Positions 24,241-37,954 of a stretch of DNA of 64,000 nt are shown piece by piece. Where the stretch lies: contig MU054391.1 in assembly GCA_013239625.1 (NCBI GenBank), positions 7,907,095 through 7,971,094 of the forward strand. The letters are read 5' to 3'. Position 1 is the stretch's first letter. Each line of letters starts with the position of its first letter. The position numbers were made by a program, and so were the translations under genes. Under the pieces are notes generated by a model that searched no databases, was not told the DNA's origin, and was given only the letters and a program-made list of their open reading frames with translations. This stretch comes from Lama guanicoe (Eukaryota).

Positions 24241-24545
24241 CAGTCAGCCCTCAGTATCTATGGGTTTTGCACCTGCAGATTCAACAAACCGTGGGTCAAA
24301 AATATATTTTTTTTAACTCCAGAAAGTTCCAAAAAGCATGACTTGAACTTGCTGTGCACTATTTATATAGCATTTACATTGCATTAGGTATCGTGAGTAA
24401 TCTAGAGATGATTCAGGGTATATGGGAGGATGTGTGTAAATATATGTACATACCACTCCATTATATGAGGGCCTTGAGCATTTGCAGAGTTTGGTATCCC
24501 CAGGGGTTCTGGGACCCATCCTCTGTGGATACCAAGGAATAACTG
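24241..24545. mobile_element. Tigger3a/MER7-like non-autonomous DNA transposon
   Basis: TA then TIR cagtcagccctcagtatc; 3' TIR gataccaaggaataactg; internal gtaatctagagatgatt...gggaggatgtgtg. Confidence 0.85.
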
Positions 24546-24679
24546 GATTGTCTCTTCTGTAAGTTAAAAAAAAAAAACTGGAGTTTTGAGCTACTTACCA
24601 AAGGCCACAAAAGAATCAAACCTACTTGGTTTAAAACCTGGGGCATAGACGTTCACTCTATGTTACTATTACTAGCAAT

Positions 24680-24930
24680 CTGCTTCTGGTAGTAACACTC
24701 ACATCTATTGAATGTTTCTAAGCTCCAATCAGTGCTAACCATTTTGTAGGGAAACTATCTCATTTAATCTTTACAACAATCTTCTAAGTAGATTCTGTCC
24801 TTATTTACATATTCAGATGATGGTCCTGAGATTTAAAGGTAATAAGTGATTTACCAAATCGCTATCATTAGAAATTGAATCTAGGATTTGAACCATGATC
24901 TGTCTGAAGTCAGAACCCCAGTTCTCCTAT
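24680..24930 (-). mobile_element. MIR SINE
   Basis: tatctcatttaatctttacaacaatc...cagatga...aagtgatttaccaaa...ggatttgaacc. Confidence 0.8.
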
Positions 24931-26679
24931 TTCTGCCTAAATGTACTTCTCTTACACCCATAGGGAAAGCCCAGCATCTCTGCATAATCAGACCCCAGGT
25001 AAAAGGCATCCGGAGTTTGTGGAGCTTTATGAACTAGACAACGTCCATTTTGTTGATTTCCAAGGAAAACTTTAACTTCGGAAAGAGCATGTGCTAACTC
25101 ACGCACTGAAAATCACAAAACAGTTCAGGAATTGGGTGTTGCAGTCCCCAGGGTGAAATGAAAACTACAATAGAACATGAAGAAACAAAGTCATGGAAAT
25201 CATGAAGACTTTTTGGCATGGTCTTCCTGCGAGGAGGAAATTATTCACGGGAGAGGAGGAGGTGGAAGAGGCAGGATTCCACCCTTGGAAAGCAACAGAG
25301 GATAGAAATGACCGCAGGGGTGGGCAAGTGAAATGCAAAAGATCCTGGGTTGAAACCGTAGAGGAAATCTCTGGTCATAACTTTCAGGTTACGTTAACTG
25401 TGTTCACATTCAATTATTTTTCCCAGAGTGGGCTCCTTCCTGTTCATAACATTTTACTTCGCTCATTAATCTAGAAAGACTCCCCACACCCCAACATGGA
25501 AATAACCATCTTAATTGGGAGAAATTCAATCTCCAGGAAAGGAATCATCTGTTTTAGTTACATTTTCCATTAAAAAATTGATTTATCTGACCGCTATTTT
25601 TGCCACAGCACAGTCAGGTTTATATATAAACCCATAATAAGTCATTAAAGTATTATTATTTCCAATCCCTTCCTGTGGGACGTCTTTTCTAACCACCAGC
25701 CCACAGGCATGATGCTGTCCTGGGTGCCGTCTGGACTTCCTTTGTGTGTCTGTTGCAGCTATCTTGGCGGACCTGTCAGGATTTACATCATTTCCATTCT
25801 TCTATTTGATCCATGATGCCTCCAAAAAACCCTGGCGGTGACCACAGGAAACAAGTTACTTAATCCCATTGTACCTCTTTCAACAGCAAGCATTCCATAA
25901 AACAAAATCAGTGTGTCTGCCCCCCCTCCCCCCTCCCCCCCAATCAAGTGAAAGAGTCACACGGAGACTAAGAAAGTTTCTCGCCAACCTGGAAAGAACT
26001 TTGAAGAAAACAGACTGTTATTTACTTGGAATCTGTTTTAAACGGGAGACACAGATTGACGTTATGGAATGTAGGAAAGAGGGTTTGCTCGCAAAATGGT
26101 AGACTTGGCTGAGCTACCTGGCAAGAGAATGGGGCCATTTTGAGAGGCAAAAATCCCTGAAGTGAGTCACAGGTTTTAAGGTAATGATCAGGTTGCAGAT
26201 GGTGGGGAAACAGAAAAAAAGCAGGGAAGGGGAGAGCGAGAACAGAACAGTCCAGAAGAACTCAGAGGAGCTCAGTTTCCAGAGGAGTTAGAAAAGGAAG
26301 ATGCCTGTTACTTGTTTTTGCTGCCAACTGGAATGTTCTCTCCATCCAACAAACTGATTGTGCCAGCGCCCCTGCAGACTGGGCTGCCATCCCTTATTAC
26401 CTTCCTACAAGCCCACTGGTGTGAAGATGTTCAGATGCTAATGTGCCTCGCCTATCTACCTGCGACAGATCAGTCAGGTTCCAGTGGAGGCATCGAAAAC
26501 AAGCAGCCTCAGTAGTCATGATGACCTGTGACTTAGGCATGCAGAAAGCTGGGCAGGCATTTATGACCACTGTTGGCCAGGCACGAAGTGGGTTCAGAAA
26601 GGACTGCCCTGACCCACCAGAGACTGCTCTGGCCCCCTAGATAGCCGTTCGTAAAGTTGGTGACCACGCACATTCCCGT

Positions 26680-26822
26680 CCCTTCATGGACAATCAGAAT
26701 TATCTGAGGATCCTGTTATTATGTGGATTCTGATCCAGCAGGTCCAGGGAGAGGCCGGAGAATCTGTATTTCTAACAAGTCATGTCAATTGTACTGGCCC
26801 AGGGACCACACTTAGAGTAGCA
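26680..26822. mobile_element. MER5-like hAT-Charlie fragment
   Basis: atcagaattatctgagg...gagaatctgtatttctaacaag...gggaccacacttagagtagc. Confidence 0.65.
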
Positions 26823-27999
26823 ATTAGTTACCACGATATGGCGGAGTCCTGGTCACCTCCCAATCAGTTGCACTAAGGAAACATTTGTTCAGCTCAGCGG
26901 ACTTGTAGTGGGGCAGTGACCTCTGCTCCTGATGGCCTGTCACTTCAGGCATGTAGCTACATGTATGGAAATGGATCATAGGGGAGAGGCTGGGAACAGA
27001 GTGGCCGAATAAATCAGGCACAATGGACAGTTCCATTAGGACAGCCAAGGCCGACAGCAGTCGTCCAGCTGTGGGTGAAAGGAAGTTCTGAGGTTAGAGC
27101 TGCGTTTTCAGTGATCCCATGAGCAGCTAGGTAAGCTCGCTACTGGCTCCTACATTTCTCGGGGTTAGCTTTTACCATCCATTTGATATAACTGAGGAAG
27201 AAAGTATAAAACTCTGCTCTTTCAGGAAAAGTACTTTCTGGTAGGGGGTAGATATGTAGTCCAGTCCTGCCCTGAACATTTAAACCAAAAAGACCAGTCC
27301 GTACCCCATGTTGGTAGGTTGGCAGTCAATAAAAACCGGACCCAGGAATTCCCATGTAGCCTCTTCTCCCCTGTTTACTCTTAATTCTTGTCATGGGAGC
27401 AGAGGAGCGTCATGGCACTTCAAGCGCTAGGAAGAGCTTTCTACAAAAGGTGATACCTAAAAGGAAGCGCTGAAGAATGAGCAGGAATGAGCTCAGAGGT
27501 GGAGAGTGGAAGCAGAATCCTGGCTGATGGAGCAGCATGTCCAGAGCGGACGTGGGGGCTGCGGCCACCTCAGCGTGGCCAGCGTCTAGATGGGGAGGAG
27601 GACAGGAAATGGGCCTGAGAAGCAGAGAGAGGACAGATTGCGAAGAAACTTGGGTTTTCCTAAGAAAGCATGCAGACCCCATCAGAGAGCCCTCACTCTC
27701 CAGGTCGGTGGGTTCCGATCGAGTTTCTCCTCCGGGAGGGCGCCTCTGGGCTGGTTCTCTGCCCTTTGCTCTCTGAGAGTTTTCCTGGAAGACCCTGAGG
27801 AGACGCCAACCCGGACCCCCTTGACATCTTCCCCACCTGGTGGTTTTCATAGTTTCCTTCTTAAAGGAGCATGGAAAACCAAGTCAATGACACACTGATA
27901 TTTCTGTTCCGGGAAAATGAAATTTGGAGATTGGAGGTTTTAAGGCTACAAATACTGAGCAGATGTGGGAGCTGGGTTTCTCATACATGAGAAACACAC

Positions 28000-28001
<2 letters not shown>

Positions 28002-28033
<32 letters not shown>
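28002..28033. repeat. (GT)16 microsatellite
   Basis: Read directly. Confidence 0.95.
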
Positions 28034-28035
<2 letters not shown>

Positions 28036-29228
28036 TGACATACATATATACCTTCCTTACCATGTAGCCCAAGGATTTTTATTTAGTCTTATTGATTTTA
28101 TGCTATTGTTGCTTTTCCTCCTTAACATACTCCGAGCATAATTGGAAATAGTCACATTATGAATGGTAAGCTGAAAATAGAGAATATGACCTGAGTAATT
28201 TTCAGGCAAGAAAATGACGTGGTTTATTTTATTTACTTTTCCAACTGAAACAAGATGGTCTCTAGGTATTTATCTGAGCCCTTTAGCATCAGCTCTGGAA
28301 GGTCTGTGAGGCCTGTGTATTAAATGTTGCATGTGCATTTAAAAAAAAGCACTATATATAACATGTGTTTTCATTCATGGACTCCGTGCATTATTTCATC
28401 ATGATGTATTCTTTGTGGTATTATTTTAGAAATCTATTCCCCACAGATCACCAGAAGATCTCTTGTCCTGTCGCTTTTGGGATAATGAACACTTTCCATA
28501 TGTGTAAATCTGTCAGGCCCATGTCTTGCTTAAGTGACAGTTACTAATTTACAAATCAAAGAAATCATTCTTACCTTTTTTAATCACTGACTGTTTTACT
28601 GCAGAAATACAGGGAGGGTCATTAGCTTAAACTATAAAACATCTCCTGAAAAAGCGTATGAGCAGAGGAGAATTTAACCTTCCTAGCTTTTTTAAAAAGA
28701 GATGTTTAAAATCAAGAAATTCCAAGATATATTCAATTTTTGGAAAGACAATGGATAATACAGCCCTGCATCAAATTCACTTTGAAATTCACACTGTAAA
28801 TAAAGGTGTCAAAATTAATCTAGCAATAAATTATTTTGTGTTGTGATTCTTGGAACGTCTATAATTGATATACCATCTAAAGTTTAACCAGAGCTCATGC
28901 TGGTTTACACAAGAGTGATCTTTAGCAAGATACGGAAATAGACTTAGTTTTGTTCCCCGGATGGTTTCTCAAGAAGTAGAAATAACAGACACAAGATACA
29001 CTCTTGAAAAGAGCAAGGGGTATTCCCCGATAGATGTCTAGTTCTGCGGGACAGTGTTACAAGCCTTTCACTCTGTTGCACGAGTCTGTTAAATGACAAC
29101 TCATTAAATACACATTCTGTGACAGGCACTGTAGAAAGCTTTGAAGGAAGTTATTCTTACATACATCCCTCAGAACCTCTAGGCAAGAAGAAGTGCCCAG
29201 AGAGAGGTTATCAGCCATCAAGAATTAA

Positions 29229-30060
29229 CACTACAATGATATCACCTCATGCCAGTCAAAATGACCATCATTAAAAAGTCCACAAATGATAAATGCTGGA
29301 GAAAGTGTGGAGAGAGGGAGCCTTCCTTTACTGTTGGTAAGAATGCAGTTTGGTGCAGCCAGTACAGAAAACAGTCTGGAGATTCCTTGAAAAACTAAAA
29401 ATAGACTTACCGTATGATCCAGCAATCCCATTCCTGGGCATGTATTTGGAGGAAATTCTAATTTCTATAAATAAAAGATACAGGCACCCCAATGTTCATA
29501 GTAGCACTATTTACAATAGCCAAACATGGAAGCAACCTAAATGTCCATCAACAGATGATTGGATAAAGAAGTTGTGGTGTATATATACAATGGAATACTA
29601 CTCGGCCAGTAAAAAAGAATAAAACAATGCCATCTGCAGCAACATGGATGAACCTGGAGATTGTCATACAAAGTGAAGTAAGCCAGAAAGAGAAAGAAAA
29701 ATACCATATGATATTACTCATGTGGAGTCTGAAAAAAATGACATAAGTAAACTTATTTACAAAGCAGAAAAAGACTCCCAGTCTTAGAAAACAAATTTAT
29801 GATTTGTGTGTGGAGAGTGGAGAGGGATAAATTGGAAGTTCTGGATTTGCAGATACATGCTACTATATATAAAATAGATAAACAACAGGGTCCTATTGTA
29901 TAGCACAGGGAACTATATTCAATACCTTATAATAGCCTACAACAAAAAAGAATATGAAAAGGAATTTGTGTATCTCTCTCTCACTGAATCACTATGCTGT
30001 ACACCAGAAATTAGCACGACATTGTAAATCAACTATGCTTCAATAAAAAAGAAACACACA
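29229..30060 (+). mobile_element. 5'-truncated L1 (ORF2 end plus cetartiodactyl-type 3'UTR) with TSD
   Basis: ORF 29350..29622 [29 protein letters not shown]...TWKQPKCPSTDDWIKKLWCIYTMEYYSA is L1 ORF2; aataaa and A-rich tail; 9-bp TSD aagaattaa at 29220-29228 and 30061-30069. Confidence 0.95.
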
Positions 30061-31254
30061 AAGAATTAAGTTGAAATTGAGACAAAGAGTTAACAAAAAA
30101 AGAATATCTGAGATTTTAGCACCTGTTTTTGAGACATTTCAGGCAAGAATGCTCACTCCTGAAATAGGCAGTTTAGGGACGTGCGGAGGGAATACCTCAG
30201 GGAATTCAGAATGAAGGAGGAATCAGATCAAGTACATAGTGAAGCAAGAGGTTAGAAATGTGGTTTTGGGGTTAAATTAAAAGGACTACAATAGTCAGTT
30301 TTCCAGGAAAACAATTTCTGAATGGTTAGTTTATTCTGTGTTACTCAGAGGAAATTAAAGATGCATAAAAATGGAACAAACAATTGAAGAAAATGTTGGG
30401 TTTTTTCCTAATAAGATTGTATGTTTTCAATTTTAAGATAGTTTTATTCAGGCATCTTTTGTATTATTAAGCTTTTTATTACCACCAAATTGAATAATTT
30501 ATAGTGTGTTAAACACTAACAATTATATTCATTTAAAATTGGGTGAAAATCATGGTTTCTGAAAAACAGAAACTTTATAGGTTTTTAAAAGAAACTGCTT
30601 GTCTTCAGTATTTTTTTTTCCAGTTTAAAAACATCTTTTTGGGGGGAGGGACATAGATAAAAGTGGAATCGTGTACTATTAGATCCAGTTTTTGCTCAGG
30701 AAGCAATCTGCTTTCATACCTTCATTAAGCTACATCTGAAAGGAAACGTCTGAACATTGCGCAGTCCCTCTACTGAATATGCAAATGAAGGAGGTGCTTG
30801 TGACCCTGGTTGCACGATATCTTTATTAGGCTGGTAATACCCAGAACTTCCTTTAAGACAGGACTATGGAGTCAAGTGGCTGGAATCTTGCTTATAACTG
30901 CCTAGGGCTTTAATCCTCTTTTCCTTCTATCTCACATACCATTGTGCAACTTTCTTTGAAATTGTTCAATTTATAATATTTGGTAACTTCAAAGTTCATA
31001 GAATGGAATGAGGGATGAGATATTTGCTTGTGAATATTTGAATGGTATGGAATTATTTTACCTGAAGACATTTACTCCTTTAAGTGACGGAAAAATGAGA
31101 ACGAAGGGCACTTAATAGACTGCTTGCACATCGATGACACCAGCCACGCACATCTCGCTCCTTGTAAGTGGTACCACAGAGGAGAGTCTTCTGGAAAAGG
31201 GATTAGAAGTCCCACACGATTCAAGAGAGAGGATCAGGATCGATGAAGACTGTT

Positions 31255-31455
31255 AAGTGAAGACAAGTTTAGTGTGGTAACAAGAGCTCCTTTCCACTGT
31301 TACTGTCTGAGCAGCAGCAGATGGAGTGTTTTGAAGGTAGAGATCTTACTCTAATGCAAAACATCTACTGGCTAACGGCTTCTTAGTGGGGCCATGTTTA
31401 AAGAGAACCCTGAAGGGGTTTCTAGTTTAGATGGCCTTTCAGATTTCTTTGAATC
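31255..31455 (+). mobile_element. Possible CR1/L3 (or MIR3) 3' remnant
   Basis: Ends tttagatggcctttcagatttctttgaatct, resembling the L3/MIR3 tail; highly degraded. Confidence 0.35.
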
Positions 31456-32054
31456 TGTTCGGAGACATGACATGGTGCTTGCTTCCTCAGGGTCTTTCCT
31501 TTCCTAAGCTTCTGCTTCACTTCTCAGGGTAGCAGACAAATTATGTTTCCTGGGTCTTCCCAGAATCTCACTGGAGGGTTAATTTGAGATGCACAGAAGG
31601 GTGTTTCTTATTCTTCATCGTCCCTCACCTCCTGGAGTCTGATGATCTGAGTATCTCACTGATGCTTACGCATGAGGGATATGGAGAGAGGGGATGACCC
31701 CAGAAGGACCCTGGGTCAGCACGAGTGTTGAGAGTATGTGGAGGTGAGACAGGTGAAGCCATGCACAGCCTCCAAGAAGTGCATCTGCGCTCCGCCCCTG
31801 TCCGGATTGATCCAGGTGTGTAGCAACTCAGGTTAATCTTTTCACCTTTCTCCTGGAGTCAGTGATTGGAGGATGACATTCACAATGTCCTGCATTCTCT
31901 GAAGCCAGACTGGTTCATGCCTTTCATGCGATAGGATTTCTATCACTTCCTTCTGCTCTCTGTTCACCTCCATAATCATCCCAGAATTCCCTTTATCTTG
32001 TAATCTTGTAACCAAAAGAAACTTCATTTAGATAATGATTTAGCATCGTGTCCA

Positions 32055-32089
32055 AAAAAAAAAAAAAAGAAAGAAAGAAAGAAAGAAAA
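32055..32089 (+). repeat. poly(A)-(GAAA)n microsatellite
   Basis: Read directly. Confidence 0.9.
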
Positions 32090-33632
32090 TCTGAGGCACA
32101 TCCAGGCTGTCTCTAATTTCAAGAAAGTGCAAAAATAGATTTGAAATCATTACGGCTCAGGTTGCCATTAGAACGAGTTGGATAAATTTTGTTCTATTTA
32201 CCCAGAAGGATGAATGGAATCGTTGCCAAGTTTGTGTGTGGCAGGAGGGTGTCGGAGCAAAGGATTGCAGATCGGGGTGGGGGTTGGGGTGGGCAGAAAT
32301 CCGGCCTCAAGCACAGCTTTCATGCTGGCCGGGCAGCTGTGGGAACTCTGGGAAGCTCTCATCTCACTGAGCTTCAGTTTCCTCTCATCTAAAATAAGAA
32401 TCTCGGATCAGATGATTTCGAGAGCCCGCTCTAGTTGCGAAACACTTTAATCCCGGCAGCGGAGGCACAGAGAGGTCAACCACCTTGGCCAAGCACACAG
32501 AGCGAGGGAACAGCCTAAAGGCTTGGACCCAGCTCCAAGGTTATCATGACACTGGAGCTCTTTTAGAGGAGTTTCAACAGCAAAGAGCATTTATGCCCTC
32601 AAGGTCTCTCCCAACATGGGAAGAGGCTGATGTGCCCCAAACTTACTCTAACGATGTTGTTCACATCTGCATTTGGGGATTTCTGGCTATTTCTCCCAAG
32701 TGATGAACGCAGCAACATTAACATTTGCAGATTCCTTCTGGTTCCTACACCAGCCCATGTGATTTTTAGTTCCCCAGGGTCGACTATAGCAATACGACAG
32801 TGAACGCCAGTGTTTTGTGAAAAATACAGAAAGAGGTCCTGTGCAAGTCCAATGCACGGCAGTAAGCGCTCACTGTTTGCAACAGCTCCATTTCCTTTCA
32901 TTTTACTTTTTGAGCCAGAAAATGACTTCCTATGAATATTCATCATAGCTATGACTATTGTCCCCCTTAGATCCTTGTTTTAGGGGAAAAAACCCATAAG
33001 GCTCCCACTGTGATTCCTGGCTGATGGTTCCAACCAGCCAGTTCGGCTCCCATCCCCTGGGGCGGAAGTGAAGTCAGTCTGCAGAGAAGGACCGAGGTGT
33101 GTTCCAGGCCTGGAACAATATCTGGATGTACTGGGAAAAGTGAAGGCAAAACCCTCTCCACCATCTCAGCCCCAGCCCTGCTTCCTGACTGCACGTGGGG
33201 AAAATGACGCAACCTCTCTGAGGCAGTGAACTGGGAACGGCAACACTCACTTGAGACTGTTCTAAGGACCAGAAACCATGTATCACTGGCACAGTGGCTC
33301 GAATGGAAACATGGCTGCAGCGCAGCAGAGTCAGGGCCTTGGAGTGTGTGGCACCCAGGTTTGGCATTTCGCATCTCCCTGATGAGTCTGGGATCCTGAC
33401 AAAGCTACTGAGTTGAAGGAACCAAAGAGACCGATCTACCACGGAGAATGTCTGCCTCCGGTCTAAGATAGCCCTGCGTGAGAAATTCTAGTCCAGGCTG
33501 TGCGAGAGTAGTGAGCTATTGTGCCTCTGAGTCTGGGGGGGCTCCCACGCGTGGCACAGAAGGTAAGTTCACGGGAGCTTGAGGCAAATCAGTGTCTTCC
33601 ACCCCCATGCCAAGGGCTAGCGGTCAAGCAGC

Positions 33633-33965
33633 TGGGTTCAAATCCCGGCTCTGATGCTTTCCTGAGTGTGGCTCTGGGAAAGTTACGCCACCAGCGTAAG
33701 CCCCAGTGTCTTCATGTTTAAAGCAAGTAAAGACTGAAGGTAATGATACCAGCTTTTCAGTTATGTCTGTAAAGTATCTAGTAAGAAACTAACACAGCTT
33801 AGGTGCTCAGCGAATGGTAACTCTTGTGATTTTGTTACCAAATGACGTCCATGGGATAACAGAAAACCCGTACTTTTATGCTTACACCCACTGATGTGGA
33901 TTTGAGTTGCATTGGTTAGTTATACTATTTTTTTAGGACAATCTCCCCTCTTGCCTCTGGGGAAT
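33633..33965 (+). repeat. Local dispersed duplication, copy A (MIR-derived 5' part plus unique-looking 3' part)
   Basis: Aligns end to end with 41654-41985; about 37 differences in 333 bp by manual count. Confidence 0.95.
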
Positions 33966-36900
33966 GGGAAATTCAAACAGTTTGGGGCTGGGAATGCAGG
34001 CGGACTCCTGGCTGGGTGTGTGTCTCGGGGCAGAGGGTTCTCACTGAGAACACCAGGATCAGCAGGACTGATCCTAGTCAACGTGCCCCCCACAAGCAAG
34101 GGAGCTCGGAAAAGGTCCCTTGTCTAGGAAACACGTGGCAGAGAAGAGGAATCCATCCTCACACCCACTGGCCATCCGCCAGGGGCCTGGTACCCACTGG
34201 TGAACAACTCACGGAGCAGAAGGAGAACCAGAACCATCAGCAAACTCCAGACTAGTTTTGGATTTCTTTTGCCATCGTTGTCGTTGGCTTTTACGGCAGA
34301 TACGCCTTCAAGCCTTCCCCAGAGACACAGGAGAATACTCACATACTTTTTATACCCGATTTTCCTCTTGCAGGGAAGACCAGAAAGAAAGTAAAATAAA
34401 ACTGTGTCATTTGTTTGTTAAGAAAGTCCGGACATTCAGATTTTGCCAAATTCCTGTCCATTCCACAGCTGCTGAGAAAGCAGGGCTCCATCACGTACCC
34501 GCCCAGTGGGCCTGGGGAGTCGACCCCTCTGCCTTCTCCCCCTCATTTGCTAAAAACAAAACACAAAAGACACGTAAGACATCCTCTCAGTTCGCATGCT
34601 TCCGGCCTCTCTGCGGCTTCGTCAATTACCTTGCACTCCATTTCTCTCCTGGATTGAATGTATGGCTCTGAGGATTCAAAGCACAGAAATACACCTGCTT
34701 TCAGTGGATGCTGATACTTTAGAGGAGAGAGAGGCTCATTTAGTGGGAAGTATGACCGTGTAGCTGGTGAATTATTAAACCAAGTCCCCAGCCTGCCTTT
34801 CCACTGAGCTCCATAAGGGACGTGTCCTTTAATTCAGAAACACTGGGATGCTGTCCGGGCTGAAGGAAAGACAGTCACAGTGTTGTGACATCCTTGGGAA
34901 AATGTCACTGAAATGGGTCAGCCGTTCTATTTCAGCGCTGTGCTCATCGGCGAACGTTAAAGAATGCTAAAAATAAGTACACGGTGTGCTCCCAGCTACC
35001 CAGCCAAGCCAACACGTCTTTGAGAAAGCCCTTGTCTATTAACAGCGACTCGTAGACGCAGCAATGCGCTGTGGCTTTCCCAGGGGGTCACGTGGGTGTT
35101 TTGGGAAGTCTGCGTCACTCACAGCCCTGCATCCCTTTTTTCAATAAGGGAGAAATTATTTGGGCAATCCTAACCTCGTGGGGCTTGGATGGGGATCTCA
35201 GGATTGCGTGGGCAGGACTTAATGGATGCAGCTTTGATGCACAGCAGACGCAGACTCAACCTGCCTGGGGACTGGCCTCTAAACCTGGGCTCCAGCTCTA
35301 AACACTGGATTTCCACTTTTAACCTGGAAAAACAAACACATTTCGACATCAGCTTCATTTCTGTCCCTCCGTTTTTTCCTCTTTGTCCTTATGTTAAGAT
35401 AACCCATGCTGTTCCCTGGTCTGTATAGAATTAGGAACAGAAATACTTCAGGGCTGCTGGAGAGCGAGAGAGAGGAAACAGTGGCTCTAAGGCCAGGCAA
35501 GCTTGGTGATGATTTTCAGTTTTGCCACTAACGAGCTGTGGAGAAGAGCTTTTCCTGTTTTGGTCTTCATTTCTCCATCTACACCCAGGAGAAACCCCAG
35601 ACACTGGGTGCAGGGTCAGGCCACCCAAGATGGCTCTTCTCTTGCTCTCTGTGCACCCCCTGCTGGACCAGTGCCTGCTTCACCTACTCGCACGACTGAC
35701 AGTCCTGACATTCCTACGTACTCACCCCAGGCCACTGCGGATGGCTGTTCTCCCTTGAGATCAGAACTCTCCACTATGCTTATCAAAGGAGCGATGAGGG
35801 GCGTGCCCCTCTACTGGTTTCCATGGCGACTGAAAGGCCAACCTGAGGTCAACTCCCCCTATAACTGGTACCCGCCCCCTAGGTGCCCATGGTGGGGTGT
35901 CCCTCCAGGACCTGGCTTCAGACATGTAAGCTCCCCCTGTCCATGCAACCACTGATGTCTCTGTCGCTGACTCCAGGCTCTTTCTTCGGTCATGAAGTTG
36001 GGGGAGTTCAAGCCTCGTAGACCTGCGGGGTGCAGCCCCGTAGCTCATCAGTTTGCCATGAGAATGAAGGACGCTGAGCTTCCGTCACCTAGAACAGCGC
36101 TCGCAGCAAGGCAGGTCCAGTTCGAATACTGCCTGTGAATACTGTTACTGCTGCCGCTGTGTGCTGATTGCTCTTTGTTGTTAAATGCTCTTTCATTAAA
36201 TGCGCCAGATCTGAGGCTACGAGATGATCTCTGCCTGATCTCACGTCTGGAGTTTTGAGGATCTCTTGCTCCTAAACTCCCAGGCCCCACACCTGAAGGC
36301 TGATTCGTTGTCTTGGGTTTTTCTTTTTACCTGCTCAGCTCCAATGCCCGGTTCTGGGTTAATGCCCTGCACCTCGTATGTTGCGGTCATTCACGCGTCT
36401 GTCTTCTCCAAACAGTGGGTTCCTTGAGGACCAGGAACAGGTCTGACCGGTGTCTTCTTTGTTCTTCAGGCCCAGTCCAGGTGGGGCGTGGCCGGCGTTC
36501 TCAGTTCTGTTGGCTGGATTCTTTGGGACACCACGTGTACCCTGGCTGCTGTCACTTCCTGCGTGGTTTTGTAGCTGGAGGTGGCCCTCCCAAGCACCTC
36601 ATCCCAGTGCCAGGTGGAGTTCCAGAAGGCAGCCCTTCCTCTCCGTCCCTGGCTTCCTCGCAGCCAGGGCCCCACCATGAGATTGTCCTCCCAGCGGTCA
36701 GTTAACAATTCAGGCCCGTACTGCCTGTGGAAACACAATGAAACGTGACCTGAAATAGCTTGTAGTGACGGCTGCGATCATAATAATTTACATAATAAAG
36801 CACTTGGGAAGGAAGGAAGTGAACAAGAAGGCAAAGAGTCAAAGAGGAAGGAAGAGAGTAAGTCAGGAAATTTTTTTAAGAAGCTATTTGGGGATGAGCC

Positions 36901-37954
36901 CTGGGCCAGACACTTTGACGGAGAGATGGTTTTTCATTTCTGTTCTAATACTGAAAAGACTACAGCTCAAACTGGATAAATAGCTCCCCAAATCATATGC
37001 GTAGTAAGAGGCATCTTAACCATTGGAAAAGTTAAACTCGATCTCAGAGTTCTAACAAGCGTAAGAGAAAAATACTAAACACACAACCACCAACCGAGCC
37101 AAGGCCTGCGTTGCTAAGTCCACGCCCACTCTGGCGTGTGGATTTCGACTCGAGGAAGAGCTTCTGTTGTGTTTATAAAGGATGATGATAAAGGTTACTT
37201 CCAGAACTGGTTGAAAGTCTTGCTCAGCAGAGGTACCTTCCCAAGTAAGGCTCTAATTGCACGCAAAGGCAAGGTTCTATTCTCTCCCTTTCTTTTGATC
37301 TCTTAAGAATTCTCTGCCTCCAGGAGGGACCCAGTCTGCTTGCTTCCTGCTGAAGCACTGAGAGCTCTCTCCATGACTCTGCGTGTATGGGCACAGGGTT
37401 TACATTTTTCAGTGACAGCTGAAATCCACAGAAACACACATCTTTTCACATTTGAAAGTCAAAAAAGAAACCACTTTGCTGCCTCAGCTGCAAATAAAAT
37501 ATGACATAAGTCAAGAATCACCACGATCCTTTTAATTACACAACTTGCCAAGGTGCCAGTGTTTTATGAAGATTATTAGTCACTATTTTTGAAGCAACCA
37601 CTGATTTCTGATTGTAAACAGATTGCAAAAATTCAGTCCTTTCCTCTAGCATGCTCAGGGCATAGTGATAATTACAAGGTCAATAATTGCTTTGCACATG
37701 AATGAACCCCTTGCCTTCTGTGTGGAATTACCCTGGCCTGGTCAGTCTCACTAGGTCTTTTCCGACAATAATTCAGTGTAACTGCATTAGCTCAGAAAAT
37801 ATTAGCCAAAAAAAAAACACAGTAACTTCAACTCATTTTGTCTTGCAATCTTTTGTTGTTCTCTGAAAGATCACAGATTCTCTAAATGACTAGAGAATAT
37901 GCTAAAGGCAAAGTTTATGCACATAGATTTGTCCATAAAAATTAGAAATTTGGA

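Noticed and set aside
37237..37418. Candidate minus-strand exon with a good acceptor (tgtttctgtggatttcag)
   Set aside because: Weak donor (AAG|GTACCT), 182-bp length, unrecognisable peptide and no partner exons.
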